A stretch of DNA of 64,000 bases from the human T2T-CHM13v2.0 reference genome, Homo sapiens. Positions 63,011 through 64,000 of this stretch are shown in pieces (the stretch's first letter is position 1; every line of letters begins with the position of its first letter). The notes below the pieces were generated by a model. That model did no database searches. It worked only from the letters and a program-made list of their open reading frames with translations, and was not told the origin of the DNA. The translations under genes and the position numbers were made by a program. The stretch lies in the NCBI RefSeq assembly GCF_009914755.1, contig NC_060928.1; one strand, given 5' to 3'.

Positions 63011-64000
63011 AAAAATGTTATCATATCTTAAAACAATATTTAGATACCTCTACTAATACAAATAATCAGTATCAAATGTTATTTATGTTGTTTCTCTACT
63101 AATCTCTCTGTGTGTTTGTGTATTTCTCTGACTCTAATTTTATCTACAAAAAGATTGACATGAACTGTTTAATATTGCAAAACGTGCATCTGTGGTGAAT
63201 ACAACACTAATTCCTACATAATATGGAACCAAGTATGCCCCCAAAACAGGGAGACAATGGCATGCTTAGCACTTGGAAAATGATATTAATGGAATAACCT
63301 ATACAAATCATGTTATTTGATGCATTCATTAAATTGTGTTTTCCCTTAACTAATTGTTTCAACCATTCAGGTCCTCCCTGTCCTCAGAAGTACTGTCTGT
63401 GTTTTATGTAAGGGTAGTACATGACATTCAGAGCTAGTAATTTTTTTTTCCTTCAAAGACTTAATAGACATGATGAAGTGATTTCCTGGGACCTGAGCCG
63501 GGTTAGTCACAGGAGTGGCTGTTCAGTTATGGGTCTTAATTTACCATCACTGAGGACTGTGTCCCGAGAGAAAAAGGCATTGAGTCTTAAACAACCTATT
63601 GCTTTAATAATTGTGATAATGAAGGATTCTCCCAGTGTAGTGCCTTGGGCAGAAGCCTTTCTTAACTGATCTAAGAGTGGTCAGAGTGCAACCGGGATAA
63701 ATAATGTAGTACCAAAATGAAGATCAAGTTTGTTTCTCATACAGAGGGAGTATGTGCTTTATCTCTAGAACAAACGTTCTACTTTGTAAACTGTGTAGTT
63801 TATTCACAGGTGTTCATTTTAACATTATGCTTCATCACTTTCAAAGATTATTATTTGTATAAACATCCCATTCCCAATTTCCACAATTCTCTCATGATCT
63901 GTCTTTGTAATTGCTGTTTAAAAATCATGTTATGTTATTGATACATAGTTCGTATCTGACATTTTTCTGAATATTAAATATTAAAATTACATAATAAAAT

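Overview
AT-rich, CpG-poor primate (human-like or great ape) non-coding DNA, either intergenic or deep intronic. I found no convincing host exon, RNA gene or CpG island. The ORF track is almost entirely repeat-derived or random. The window is a layered record of transposable elements: about 15 Alus (J/S/Y), a 5'-truncated L1PA 3' end, several old L1M pieces, MIR/L2, MER5/MER20-type DNA transposons, MaLR elements (MST/THE1/MLT1), ERV1 LTRs (MER61, LTR1-type, MER39-type) and two decayed ERVL pol (RNase H-integrase-dUTPase) remnants, several nested with readable TSDs. I see no novel protein-coding system. The most notable structure not explained by repeat families is a set of locally templated inverted duplications: a ~205-bp inverted copy of ERVL integrase (12200-13167), a ~120-bp AT-rich inverted repeat (27504-27990), a fold-back insertion in an L1MC (39777-39842) and a compact 50-bp-arm hairpin (59218-59352). 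Subfamily names come from my recall of consensus sequences and need RepeatMasker/Dfam confirmation.
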